Shown here in pieces: positions 1-11,967 of a DNA stretch of 64,000 nt. Numbering within the stretch: position 1 is the first letter of the stretch; every line of letters starts with the position of its first letter. A program made the translations under genes and the position numbers. Origin of the DNA: Octopus sinensis (Eukaryota). The notes beneath the pieces were generated by a model that was not told the DNA's origin, did not search any database, and saw nothing but the letters and a program-made list of their open reading frames with translations. The stretch lies in assembly GCF_006345805.1 (NCBI RefSeq), contig NC_043012.1:40114001-40178000 (forward strand). Reading direction: 5' to 3'.

Positions 1-229
1 TGTCACCGCTGAGTCTCTTCCGCACAACATATCCTCTTAATACCCACCTCTCTCTTCCTGTACCCACTCATTGCATTACCCCCTCTCCATCTACCATTCT
101 CCATTCACAATATCCTGAATTCACCAATCTACCCACCCTCTCCACTCCTTGGTCTGCTCACCCCTACCCCTTTCTCCTTCACCATCTTCCCATTCTCCTC
201 TCTCTCTCTCTCCTCCATTTGAGCTAGGC

Positions 230-650
230 ATGGTTTCCCCTCTAATGCAAGACACCTTTGGAGAGAGAATAATCTCCCACTATGCCAATGTCAACTGCCC
301 TTCATGCTCCCCAGGCTTGACCAGCCCAAATATTTTCTTGTGGTGATACCTGAAAGAGACCCTGCTGCAACTGAATAAGAACATCAATAGAGAAATCAAA
401 GAAGTGGGGTCTGAAACACTTGAGGGTGTTATGGTGCAAGTTTTGCAAAGAGCACAGGCATGCCATACTGAAAATGGCTGCCATTCAAGTCATTTTTCAT
501 ATGCGATGTAGCAGTGTTGTAAAATTTGACTTGTGCAGATTAATTTCCATTATTTCCTTTATATTATATCAAAATTTCATGCATATATTTGTAAAGTTAC
601 AAATGAGTTATTAAAAATTCAAACCCATCAGTGACTTTTGGGACAGCCTG
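230..650 (+). mobile_element. Tc1/mariner-superfamily transposon 3' remnant (rosa/DD41D-like)
   Basis: Reads FGERIISHYANVNCPSCSPGLTSPNIFLW*YLKE...ENGCH, resembling the WPxRSPDLTPLDFFLWGYLK C-terminus. Ends in TIR-like GACTTTTGGGACAGCCTG followed by TA (651-652). Confidence 0.75.
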
Positions 651-668
651 TATATACATATATATATA

Positions 669-710
669 TCATCATCATCATCGTTTCGCATCCGTTTTCC
701 ATGCTAGCAT
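669..710 (-). mobile_element. Family C retroposon extreme 3' tail
   Basis: (CAT)n-CGTTT...CCGTTTTCCATGCTAGCAT; reverse complement of the tail at 7730-7778. Confidence 0.6.
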
Positions 711-890
711 ATATATATATATATATATATATATATGGTTGTTGTCTACCCCTTATGCAGAGTTTGACCACCTCCTGTAATTACACCTTAGATCCATCAT
801 GGCATCTGATGTGGCTTTTTAAACCAGACAATTTATTGAAAAGGCACCCACAGAGATTGCCTATCTAATTTGGACCAGCAAGAGCTGCAG

Positions 891-1085
891 TTAAGTTCTG
901 ATCTTTGTGGATCTTAAGATGTCTTTTGAGGCCTCCATTAGATTTGCATTGCATTGAAAGGTGTGCACAGATTTATAGGCAGAATAGTTGGTGGAGGTTC
1001 GTTTTCCTTGGGTTCGTAAATGAGATATGAGCCCAGCAAAAGAAAGGCAGGGTCTGTCACAAATTGTGCACACAAAAAGGGTCAT
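891..1085 (-). mobile_element. RTE-type LINE C-terminal C2H2-like fragment
   Basis: FVCTICDRPCLSFAGLISHLRTQ matches the CxxCxRxxxSxxGLxSHLR motif that ends many RTE-group ORF2s; the fragment is isolated. Confidence 0.5.
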
Positions 1086-1122
1086 TGAGATTCACCTTCT
1101 CAATCGCATATATATACATATA

Positions 1123-1570
1123 TCAGGTCTTGAAGAATGAAATGTCCGATGTTCTTCTGCACCAAGTTTGACAGTCATTAACTCTAATGTTTTATCCTGA
1201 CAATTCTTTGTTTTACAACATTGAAGAGATACATCATCACTTTCCAAAATGCAATTCATGGCGTCTGGTTATATTGTGAGTTTTCTCTTGTTAATCAGTT
1301 TTTGTGAACCCATGGATAGATAAAAAATTTGTGTTGTTTATGAATATGAGTTCCATCGTGGAACCAATGCATCCCAGACAACTCGAAGCATCAACGAGGT
1401 GTTTTGGTGAAGATGTTGCGAATGAGGGCACTGTATGGTAATGGTTTGAGAAGTTCTGGTCTGCTGATTTTACTCTTGAAAATCAGCACCGTGGTAGACC
1501 TGAGACCAAGGTGGATAATGATGAGCTGGAAGCTGTAGTGGAAGTGGATACATCTGAAACTGTGCGTGAG
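1123..1570 (+). mobile_element. mariner transposon 5' remnant (HTH region)
   Basis: TA|TCAGGT start; from 1312 MDR*KICVVYEYEFHRGTNASQTTRSINEVF/GEDVANEGTVW*WFEKF..ENQHRGRPETKVDNDELEAVVE, colinear with the Hsmar1/SETMAR-type N-terminus. Confidence 0.85.
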
Positions 1571-1785
1571 TCAGTGGCCAGTCAGTGGCCCTGGCAATGA
1601 TCACACTCGGATGGTACTTTTAACGTTCCACTGGCACAAGTGCCAATCAGGTGGTACTGCCATCAGCCACATCAGCGATTTTGATTTCACTTGCTTCAAC
1701 AGGTCTTTGCAAGCAAAGTTTATTGTCCAATGAATGAAGGGTACTCATAAGTAGGCTGGTTATACACCCCTGGCATAGGCCATGG
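1571..1785 (-). mobile_element. Family C retroposon, upstream part of the 3' module
   Basis: 1575-1715 aligns by eye with 54990-55125, which continues into the V-like box and (GAT)n tail. Confidence 0.65.
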
Positions 1786-2105
1786 GGCCTGAATGCAGAA
1801 AACCAGCAGAGACTTGAGAGAAGCAAAACTGGTACGCTCCCCTCAATGTGCATGCTTGACAGATTACTGGTGTATTGAGAGAGGAATGGTATGCTGTGTG
1901 CAAGAGAGGAGACTGTGCTGGTTTGGTCACGTGATGTGGACAAATGGGAACTGGTGCATAAAGAAGTGCTGATCTCTTAAAGTGGAGGGACGTTAAGGAA
2001 GAGGGAAACCCAGGAGGCTATGGAACGAAGTATTGAAGGCCGAATCGTAAAATGCTGAACCTTACGAAGGAGATACTGTACCGAAGAAGACCTGTCCATC
2101 ACAAC
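1781..2105 (+). mobile_element. RTE LINE ORF2 C-terminal remnant
   Basis: WGLNAENQQRLER...VQERRLCWFGHVMWTNGNWCIKKC*SLKVEGR*GRGKPRRLWNEVLKA, matching the RTE RRLRWFGHV...GRGRPRKTW motif. Confidence 0.85.
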
Positions 2106-2529
2106 AGAATATATTTTGGTGTGTGTATGTGTGTGTGGGTGTGGGTGTAAGTACAACATTAGTAACACTGCCCCAGGTAGTTAAGCAATATTCCTGGGTG
2201 GGTCTTAGAAGAGTTCTATACAGACTCATCAACTGACTGGATAATATGTGCTCAGAGACCCTAAAGATTTGAGGGTCACCATGAACTATTATTAGGGATG
2301 GAAAAACAGAATTTGTGGCCATTATCAAAGTTTCAGATGTGTCTGGCTCATTTAGTTTGAGTTGTTGAATGACATCAGGTGAGAGTCAATCAAGCAAAAC
2401 TATGGCATTCAGATAGTTAAGGTGATACCTACAGAATCTCCTGTTTACTGATAAACCCTATCTTCATCGTAGCTGAGGAAAATATTGCACAAAATTTGGG
2501 ACTGTAATGCATAATCCAGTATTTAAAAG

Positions 2530-2666
2530 ATTTGATGAGATAAAGTGAGATGGAGAGGTAGGAAGAGGTAGGTAGGAGAGAAACAGATATATAGATTGAT
2601 TGATAGGTAGAGAAACAGATAGGGAGAGAGAGAGAGGGGCAAAGGAATAGACAGATAGACAAGGAA

Positions 2667-2699
<33 letters not shown>

Positions 2700-2870
2700 A
2701 AGAAAAACAGAGAAATAGACAGGCAGTGAGATAGACAAATGATTAGATTGATAGATAAATAAGAATATACAGAGATAGATTGATAGAGGGATGGAGAGAA
2801 GACAGACACTGACAGACAGACAGACAGATTGATAGGTTAACAAATGTAGGTAGGTAGGTAGATATTTCAA
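2530..2870. repeat. (GATA)n/(GACA)n/(GA)n microsatellite complex
   Basis: Directly visible. Confidence 0.9.
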
Positions 2871-3519
2871 TCATATTTTCATATTTTCTCTCTGCCTTCC
2901 ATTCTTCTTTTTTCTTCCATTTCTTAAAAATTAATGCACCAATGCTCATTTTAGTTTTTCTCACCACAATATGAATTCTGCTGCCATTACTTTACAAACT
3001 TTCACAACACAATTTCCAAGCGCTAAATATATTTTTTCTGTCTTTATTGCAAATCTCTCCTCCTCTCTTTCCTTCTTTTTCTATGTTTTTTTTTCTTGTT
3101 GTTCTTGACTTTATTTATTTATTTATTTGCAATCTCCGTTGTCTATTGAATTGTTTATTTTTTCACCATGTGGCAGGGAGGGGGGGGGGAGTTTGTTTGT
3201 TTATTTATTTACTGTTAGATTCTTAATTATTTCCTTGCTGTGACAATATTTTATCTTCTTATTCTAGAGGTTTGTGTGAACAGTTTTTCATATCTGCTTC
3301 TCTCTCTCTCTCTCCTTCTCTCACTCTCTCTCTCTCTCTATCTCTCTCTCTCTGTATATGTGTATGCTGTTGACGTATGTATCTATCTATCTATCTATGT
3401 TAGTGTGTGTGCTTATTTCTCACACCATTTTCATTTCATTTTGCTGTCGTAGTCTTATCACAATTATTTCTTTTCTTATTTGCTACATGTGTGTCTGTGT
3501 GTACAATTGTTTATGTATG

Positions 3520-4032
3520 TCTATGCATGCGTGTGTGTGTGTATATATATATAATATATATATATATATATGTATGTATACACACACTTATTTATATACA
3601 TAGATATATATATACATGGATTTGGGATGTTTATATATGTGTGTATCTACATATATATATAAATGCACATACAAAAATGTATACGTGTGTGTGTGTGGAG
3701 AGAGAGAGAGAGAGAGAAAGCGAGAGATATGTGTCTGTTATATCTACATATCCAGATCTCTCTCACTCTCTCTTTCTATACACACACATACACAAACACA
3801 TGTATGCATATATAAGAATGATCTGTATCTATATATATATAATAATAATAATTGTGTACAGTGCTCAGGTGCACTACATATATATGTGTATGTGTATGTA
3901 TGTATATATGTATATACATAGATGTATGTATATATGTGTATATATATGAATATATATATGTTTATATGTATAATTATATATATATATATATATATATATA
4001 GTGTATGTATATATATATATGTTATATGTATG

Positions 4033-4064
<32 letters not shown>

Positions 4065-4159
4065 TGTATGTAGTTGTATTGTATGTATGTATAGTTTGTA
4101 TGTATATATCTATGTATGGTCATGTATGTATGTATGTATATATATGATGTATGTATATG

Positions 4160-4198
<39 letters not shown>

Positions 4199-4392
4199 GT
4201 ATGTATAGATATATATGTAGTGATATTATGTATGTATATATATGTATGTTGTATGTATTATATATGTATGTATATATATATGTATGTCTGAATGTAAGGA
4301 TGTATGTATATGTATGTATGTATGTATATCTATATATATATATATATGTATGTTGTATGTATATATTATATATGTATGTGTATATATGTATA

Positions 4393-4440
<48 letters not shown>

Positions 4441-4930
4441 ATATATGTATGTATGTGTATATATATATGTATGTGTATATATAGTATAGTGTATATATTG
4501 TATGTATGTGTATATATATGTATGTAGTGTAATATGTATGTATGTGTGGATATATATGTATGTATATATATATATATATGTATGTGTGTATATATATATA
4601 TATAGGGTGTGTGTATATATATATATGTATAGTGTATATTATATATGTATGTATGTGTATATATATGTATGTATGTGTGTGTATATATATATATATATGT
4701 ATGTGTTATATATATGTATGTATGTGTGTATATATATATATGTATGTATGTGTATATATATATGTTGTATGTGTATATTATATGTATAGTGTATGGGATA
4801 TATATATATATGTATGTATTATGTGTATATATATATATGTATGTATGTATGTGTATATATATCTAATGTATGTATGTATGTGTATATATATGTATGTATA
4901 TATATATATGTATATGTATATATATTGATG

Positions 4931-4975
<45 letters not shown>

Positions 4976-5075
4976 ATATGTAGTATGTATATATGTATAT
5001 GTTAATATGTTGTATGTGTATATATATATATATATGTATGTGTGTATATATATATATATATATGTATATGTATGT
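3520..5075. repeat. Long (TA)n/(TG)n/(TATG)n compound microsatellite
   Basis: Directly visible; source of the YI/CMYV-type ORFs. Confidence 0.95.
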
Positions 5076-5299
5076 TTATTCATTTTCATTTCGGTCTCAT
5101 TTAATGCAATCTGCTTTGTTGTGTTTCGTTTCCACCAATTCTGTAATGGATAATAAAGTGTTTTGTGGTTTTCTTCTTCCATTTTTCTTTTCCATGTACA
5201 AATGTGCTGTGTCTCTGGATGGATGCAACAACTACATGTTAGACACAAACAGACACACACACACACACACAGACATGCGCGCACACACATACTCATCAC

Positions 5300-5570
5300 C
5301 TGTAAATAGAGAGACAGGTAGATAGAGAGATAGGCAAGATCATAGATAGACATACAGATGGATGGATATGTAGGTAGGTAGGTAGGTAGATAGATAGGTA
5401 GATAGGTAGGTAGATAGATAGGTAGATAGATAGATAGATAGATAGGTAGATATAGAGATAGATATAGAGATAGATAGATAAATAGGTAGATAAATAGGTA
5501 GATGGATAGATAGATGGAAACGTGGATAGATATGTAGATAGATAGAGAGGGAGAGAGAGAGAGAGATCTA
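5300..5570. repeat. (GATA)n/(GGTA)n microsatellite
   Basis: Directly visible. Confidence 0.9.
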
Positions 5571-5775
5571 CCTTCGTCTCTCCCAGTAGTTGGTTGAATA
5601 TGTGTTTTATGTGTCTATTGTGTTGTCTGTGTGTGTTTGCGGACCAGAATAAGATTACAAAACGTTTCATACAATGTTATAATGACTTTTAAGTTTGCAG
5701 GGTTATATATATATATATGCAAAAATATACATATTATATACATGCATGTGTATGTGTGTGTGTTTGTGTGTAAGT

Positions 5776-6048
5776 ACATGGCCTAGTGGTTAGAGTACCG
5801 CACTCACTATCACAAGACCACAGTTTCAATTCCCAGACGAGCAGTGCATTGTGCCCTTAAGCAGAACATTTCATTTTACAATGCTGTAATACACTCCAGT
5901 TATAAATGCGATGGACTAACTCCCATTCAGAAGAAATGTTGGCCTGCCAGCCTGCCTGATGGCATCCTGTAAAATCCACAACAATGCAAAGAAGCGCATT
6001 GTGATCAGTGGTGTTTAACAACGTCCTATAATCTGGGTAATGCAAGAC
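5776..6048 (+). mobile_element. Family D tRNA-derived SINE
   Basis: A-box TGGCCTAGTGGTTAGAG and B-box GTTTCAATTCCC; homologous copy at 62771-63025; 3' tail resembles the RTE end at 58550-58610. Confidence 0.75.
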
Positions 6049-6049
6049 A

Positions 6050-6870
6050 CATAGACAAACCCACACAAGCACACTCACCCATATACACACACACACCACT
6101 AACAATACAAACAAAACAAATCACTCACAAATGCAGCACACACACACCCGGAAACTACATAAACCATACCCACATATATACACACGCACACAAACGCATA
6201 CTCAATACCAACATACGCAAAACGCACATGCTCATACATACACACCACCCAGATAAACCCAACACACATGGATACACACAGAACCCCTGATAAATACAAC
6301 AGACTCACACACATATACACACCCACACATACCTACACGCACCCTCACACACACACACACACAGACACACACATACATATGCACCCTCACACACACTCAA
6401 ATACACACACGCTCATGCACACACACACAACATCCCCACCAATGCAAAACACACAAGCATACGCACACACACACATAGATGCACACATACACACACGTGA
6501 ACAAACACATATATACACACATGTACACACACACTCACGTACACACACAGAACATCCCCACCAATACAAAAACACACATACACATGCACCCACAGACACA
6601 CACATACACACACGGGAACAAACACATACACACACACATGCGCACACACAACACCCTAACAAATATTAATCACACACATACATGAACACACAGACGTGTA
6701 CACATATACACACACCATCCTACCAAATATAAAACATACACAGACTCATTTATACACACCACAATAAACTCTGGAACCAATCAAAAACGGCCCACATACA
6801 CAAACACATGTATATACACACACATAGAGACGTGCACAGAGACACACACTCACACCTTTCTGACCTCTAA
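6050..6870. repeat. CA-rich degenerate minisatellite
   Basis: (CA)n matrix with recurring AACATCCCCACCAAT and GAACAAACACATA blocks about 120 bp apart. Confidence 0.8.
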
Positions 6871-7389
6871 GACCATTCCCCAAAACCACTGAACCATGAC
6901 AGACTAACCCAGAAACAAAAAATCCTTTTAATTTCACATTGCTCTTCCTCCCCCCCATCCCAACCAACCTTCCACACTGTCCCTTGAAATAGCAAACAAT
7001 CCTTAGCTACACACAAAATAAAAAATGCTAGGAAAACCGGTTGGTTCCTCTCAAATTCTTTGTAAACTCTGTGTATATATATATACTACCAAACAAACAT
7101 GATTTTTATTGAACTCCTAATACTTTTTGTTGAATAATTTCCTAAATACTTTCTTGTAAACTGTTTTTAACATTTTCTTATTATTATCAATGAATGTATA
7201 TATGTATTTTAATACTTTTGTGACAACTAGTACCTAACACAACAAAGCTTTACATTTTACTTTTGACAATCTTTTTCTAAAAAACGAAACTGGTCAAGTG
7301 AATGAACATCTTTTAAAATTGCATTTTCAAACCTTCTTTCATAATCAAATCAAAATAGATGAACATCAATGGAATTTGTATCTTTGTGG

Positions 7390-7778
7390 TACCAGTGCCG
7401 GTGGCACACAAGAAAACCATCCGAACGTGGCCGTAGCCAGTAACGCATCGACTGGCCTCCGTGCTGTGGGCACGTAACAAACACCATCCGATCGTGGCCA
7501 TTCGCCAGCCTCATCTGGCACCTGTGTCAGTGGCACATAAAAACACCATCCGAGCATGGCCGTCTGCCAGCCTCGTCTGGCACCTGTGTCGGTGGCACAT
7601 AAAATCACCCACTACGCTCTTGGAGTGGTTGGCGTTAGGAAGGGCATCCAGCTGTAGAAACACTGCCAGATCTGACTGGCCTGGTGCAGCCTTTGGGCTC
7701 CCCAGACCCCAGTTGAACCATCCAACCCATGCTAGCATGGAAAGCGGACGTTAAATGATGATGATGATGATGATGATG
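7390..7778 (+). mobile_element. Family C retroposon 3' module (internal tandem units, V-like box, (GAT)n tail)
   Basis: Four roughly 52-57 bp GGTGGCAC..AAAA.CACCATCCG units, then GGAAGGGCATCCAGCTGTAGAAAC and GGAAAGCGGACGTTAAA(TGA)n. Confidence 0.85.
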
Positions 7779-7809
<31 letters not shown>

Positions 7810-7821
7810 TATACATATATA

Positions 7822-8190
7822 GGAGTGGCTGTGTGGTAAGTAGCTTGCTTACCAACCACATGGTTCCTGGTTCAGTCCCTCTGTGTGGCACCTTGGGCAA
7901 GAGCCTTGGGCCAACCAAAGCCTTGTGAGTGAATTTGGGAGACAGAAACTGAAAGGAGCCATTTGTGTATGTTTGTGTGTCTGTGTTTGTCCCCACCCCC
8001 CACCCCGTCATCGCTTGATAACCAATGCTGGTGTGTTTATGTCCCTGTAACTTAGCAGTTCAGCAAAAGAGACCAATAGAATAAGTACTATGCTTACAAA
8101 GAATAAGTCCTTGAGTTGATTTGCTCAACTAAAGGTGGTGCTCCAGCATGGCCACAGTCAAATGACTGAAACAAATAAAAGAATAAAAGA
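7822..8190 (+). mobile_element. Family A tRNA-derived SINE
   Basis: Head GGAGTGGCTGTGTGGTAAG..GGTTCAGTCCC, core CCTTGGGCAAG, internal microsatellite, tail GGTGCTCCAGCATGGCCACAGTCAAATGACTGAAAC; more than 15 copies in the window. Confidence 0.9.
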
Positions 8191-9029
8191 ATATATATAC
8201 ACACACGACTGTGTGTGTGTGTATGTCAAAGGACAAGCCTAACACTGTCACTTATTTTTTTAATCTACTGCTTCAGTCGCAGCATATCCAACCAGCCAAT
8301 AATTCAGTGCCTCTGTTTTTTACCTGTGTGTTTGCATGATTGCTTATTTGATTGATTTGGTGAGTGTCTCTTCTGATATTACAGAAACTACTGAAGCTAA
8401 CAAGTCTAAATTTTCTGTCAATGATTTACGAAGCAAAATCATGAGAAATCATTTTATTTCTCACCTTTTGGAAAATTTTACTTTTTAAGCAAGTTATATA
8501 TGCTAAACTTGCTACGGTTTATACAAAAAATACAAAAAAAAAAAAAAGAGAAAGCAGTTCGACGGGAAATGAAATGCAATTTAAATAGAGTTTATACATA
8601 AAGAAGCAATACAATGTGTTTGCATATTTGAGCACATTCTAGCGTCTTTGGAGAGAATGGTCGAAGTAAATAATTGTTCATTATGTAAAATATATTCAAA
8701 AGACTGACCACATACGTAGGTAGACATATATTCACACACGCATAATGGGAATGATTGTCTTGTATGGCACTGATGCAATGTAATTTCTTTCAGAGTTTCG
8801 TTATACGGTTCGACTAGTAGCTCGTTATGTAAAATATACTCAAATATGGAATACAAATGTGATCACACGTACACATAGACCGACAGTCAGACATACACAC
8901 GTGCACACACAGATAGAGAGAGAGAGAGAGAGAGAGTGAGAGAAATATTTAGAGAGGAGGGAGAGAGATGGACGGATGGATGGATGGATGGACAGACAGA
9001 CAGACAGGCAGATAGATAGATATGTGACC

Positions 9030-9230
9030 ACATGTGTATCGTTGGGGATTTTCGATCTCCGTCTTCCCTTCCTTGGACCTTTCTTTCTCTATGTTTCTGA
9101 CGAAGAGCTCCGCTCGAAACATTAAGTCCTCCTTCTTCCCTTCCTTCCTGAGCGTCCAATAACACTATACTTGTTCCACGTCCTCGCGTTGTTGTGTTTT
9201 CTCTTTGTGTTTTCATGTTTGGATTAACTA
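9030..9230 (+). mobile_element. Short Penelope-like (pLTR-type) repeat H1
   Basis: Pyrimidine-rich unit embedded in GATA repeats and containing a hammerhead-like core; architecture parallels family H2. Confidence 0.5.
9093..9127 (+). ncRNA. Minimal type I hammerhead ribozyme-like motif
   Basis: GTTT-CTGACGA-A-GAGC(TCC)GCTC-GAAA-C-ATT-AAGT: core boxes, 4-bp stem II and a wobble-paired stem I. Confidence 0.55.
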
Positions 9231-9527
9231 GATAGATAGATAGAAAGAAAGAAAGAAACATTAAATACATAGACAGGCAGACGGATGGATAGACAACCAT
9301 CAACATAATTCCTATCAGCCATTGGTAGCTATATAATTAATATTATATAATATAATTTTTATATATAATAGTAATATCATAATATAATATATAATATTAT
9401 ATATGTAATAATATAGCATAATACGAAATAGTTGCAGATATGAAATATTTTGAGGTATTGACCACATATGTACAGAAGTGGAAATCCACACAGATTTAGT
9501 GATGGAAAATATATTTGAATATTGAAC

Positions 9528-9850
9528 GGCACCTTGGGCAGGTGTCTTCTACCATAGCCTCGGGCCAACCAAAGCCTTGTGAGTGGATTTAGTAGACGGA
9601 AACTGAAAGAAGCCCATCATATATATGTGTGTGTGTGTGTGTTTGTGTTTGTATCTCCAACATCCTTTGACAACCAATGCTGGTGTGTTTACGTCCCCGT
9701 AACTTAGTGGTTCGGCAAAAGAGACCAGTAGAATAATTACTAGGCTTACGTAGAATAGGTCCTGAGGTCAGTTTACTTGGCTAAAAGTGTGGCTCCAGCA
9801 TGGCCGCTGTGAAATGACTGAAGCAAAAGAAAAGAAAAGAATAAAAGAAT
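9528..9850 (+). mobile_element. Family A SINE, 5'-truncated
   Basis: Starts at GGCACCTTGGGCA; tail intact. Confidence 0.85.
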
Positions 9851-9934
9851 AGATTTAGAGAAGTAACTAAAAGGTAATATCATCTCCCAGATATTTATGG
9901 TTGTAATAACTATAATAATACTTTCTGCTATTTT

Positions 9935-10090
9935 TGACGTTCTGAGTTCAAATTCCACTGAGGTCGACTTTGTCTTTCATCCTTTCAGGGTCTATGAATT
10001 AAGTACCAGTTGCATATTGGGGTCAATCTAATCGACTGGCCCCCTCCCCTAAAAAATTTCGGGCCTTGTGCCTAGAATAGAAAAGAATAA
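9935..10090 (+). mobile_element. Family B SINE (Meta-domain-like), 5'-truncated
   Basis: GAGTTCAAATTCC B-box, GTCGACTTTGTCTTTCATCCTTTCAGGG..TAAGTACCAG, (AAT)n tail. Confidence 0.8.
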
Positions 10091-10109
10091 TAATAATAAT
10101 AATAATAAT

Positions 10110-10912
10110 CCTTTAGGCTATAGGCACACAGCTTAAAATTTTGATGGGGAAGGGGGTTTGAGGATTACATTGACCACATTATACAACTGGTACTTATTTT
10201 ATCAGCCCCTAAAGGATGAAAGGTAAAGCTGACCTTGGCAGAATTTGAACTCAGAACATAAAGACAGACAAAATGCTCCGAAGCATTTTCCCCAGCATGC
10301 TAAGAATTCTGCCAGCTCATCCCATTACAATTTTGGTTTCATATTTTGGCACAAGGCTAGAAATTCTAGGGGAGGGGTACTAGTCAATTATATTGACCCC
10401 GTTGTTTAACTAGTATCTGTTTTATTGACCTCAGAAAGGTGAAAGGCAAAGTTGACCTCAGAAAAATTTGAACTCAGAACATAAAGACAGCTGAACTACC
10501 ACTTGGCATTTTGCCTCGCATGTTAACAATTCTGAATTCTTTACTGCCCACAAGGGGCTACACACAGAGGGGACAAACAAGGACAGACAAACGGATTAAA
10601 TTGATTATATCAACCCCAGTGCGTAACTGGTACTTATTTAATCGACCCCGAAAGGACAAAAGGCAAAGTCGACCTTGGCAGAATTTGAACTCAGAATGTA
10701 GCGGCAGACGAAATACCGCTAAGCATTTCGCCCGGGGTGCTAACAATTCTGCCAGCTTGCTCCCTTACAATGACTCCAGTGTTCAGCGAGTGCTTACTTT
10801 TTCAGCCTTGAAAGGACCTCAGCGGAATTTGAACTCAGAACGCAAGGACGGACGAAATGCCACTTAGTACTTTTTGCTCTGCAAGCTAACGATTCTGCCA
10901 GTTCACCACCAC
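10110..10912 (-). mobile_element. Four head-to-tail family B SINE copies
   Basis: GAATTTGAACTCAGAA recurs at about 10241, 10465, 10681 and 10826; copies span about 10110-10323, 10345-10540, 10541-10768 and 10775-10912. Confidence 0.8.
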
Positions 10913-11144
10913 CTCACAGTTTTGGTAAAAATCAGGCAAATATTTGTTGAAATTACATAATGGAACCGGGGGCAGGGGAGGAGGAGAGGAAATATATTGA
11001 ATAGAAGAGTGAGAGGGGGCATGGATATTGAATGAAAAGGGGGTGAAATGATATTGAGTGAAGAGAGAGGGTTTTGAACAAATGGGGGGGAGCAGGAGGA
11101 GTGGTTGTAGTACTAGTAGTGATAGTGGTACAAGCAAATAGGGG

Positions 11145-11350
11145 AGGTCTCTGTGCAGTGGCTTGATCTGCTAGAAATAATGAGCAAATCATAATCTAGT
11201 GTTTTTTTAAACAGTAAAATACATTGAAGACTGTAGTGTCACTCAGAAGTAGAATCAGATTGGATGGTCATGGTACAGGAACGTCTTTGATTTTAGGTCT
11301 GCTCATGGTCAGCACTGGTCTAGGCGTAAACAACAGCAACAACAACACCA
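11145..11350 (+). mobile_element. Family E SINE-like repeat with (CAA)n tail
   Basis: CTGCTAGAAATA box plus GATGGTCATGG..TTTGAT..TAGGTCTGCTC tail; related pieces at 20530-20730, about 23100-23150, 57570-57645 and 58645-58710. Confidence 0.55.
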
Positions 11351-11676
11351 GTAAAATTCGTTAGTTTAAACAATTTTGTATTTCAAAGGGAAAAGGGAAA
11401 GCTGACATTTTGGTAATTAATCTTTCATCAGAAAAAGAGCAAACATGAATTTCACAGGGTTTTTATTCTCCTTTTTTCACTTGAATGAAAAGACAATCTC
11501 CAAAATGTCAGACTCTGCCAGATTATTCACACACTGTTGTTGTTTATTTTTTTTTTGTCTTTAATTTTATTATTTCATTCTTTTTTTTATATATGTATTG
11601 TTTTTTGTTTTTTCTATTATAATTGTATTTATTTTTCTTTTTTTCATTTCCTGCTATTTTTCGTCCCTCCTTGAAG

Positions 11677-11824
11677 AATTTTTGAGTTACTCAGACTGTT
11701 GGAAACAGACAATAGTAAATGAGACTGCCTATGGTTGCCAGACGATGCTACAAGATGAAATGAGAATTTACCAAAGTGCTGCACAGTCAATGGATTCATA
11801 TGAGCGCAAAAATGAAGGCTGCAG
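11677..11824 (+). CDS. Candidate internal coding exon of an unidentified host gene
   Basis: Long polypyrimidine tract and AAG| acceptor (alternative TCAG| at 11694), strong CAG|GTAAAT donor, a single open frame reading xFLSYSDCWKQTIVNETAYGCQTMLQDEMRIYQSAAQSMDSYERKNEGC; non-repetitive. Confidence 0.45.
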
Positions 11825-11829
11825 GTAAA

Positions 11830-11911
11830 TATATACACATATAGACACAAATATATATATACATATATATATAGATATATATATAGATATATACCTACAC
11901 ATACACTCACA

Positions 11912-11967
<56 letters not shown>

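Noticed and set aside
3358-5353. Many 60-200 aa ORFs rich in Y/I/C/M/V/H/T (also at 12244-12548, 23614-24316, 44179-45543 and 57573-58279)
   Set aside because: These are translations of (TA)n/(TG)n/(TACA)n microsatellites, which lack stop codons in several frames.
7390-7610. Repeat-spacer-like periodicity resembling a CRISPR array
   Set aside because: The intervening sequences are homologous to each other, the array is part of retroposon family C, the context is eukaryotic, and there are no cas genes.
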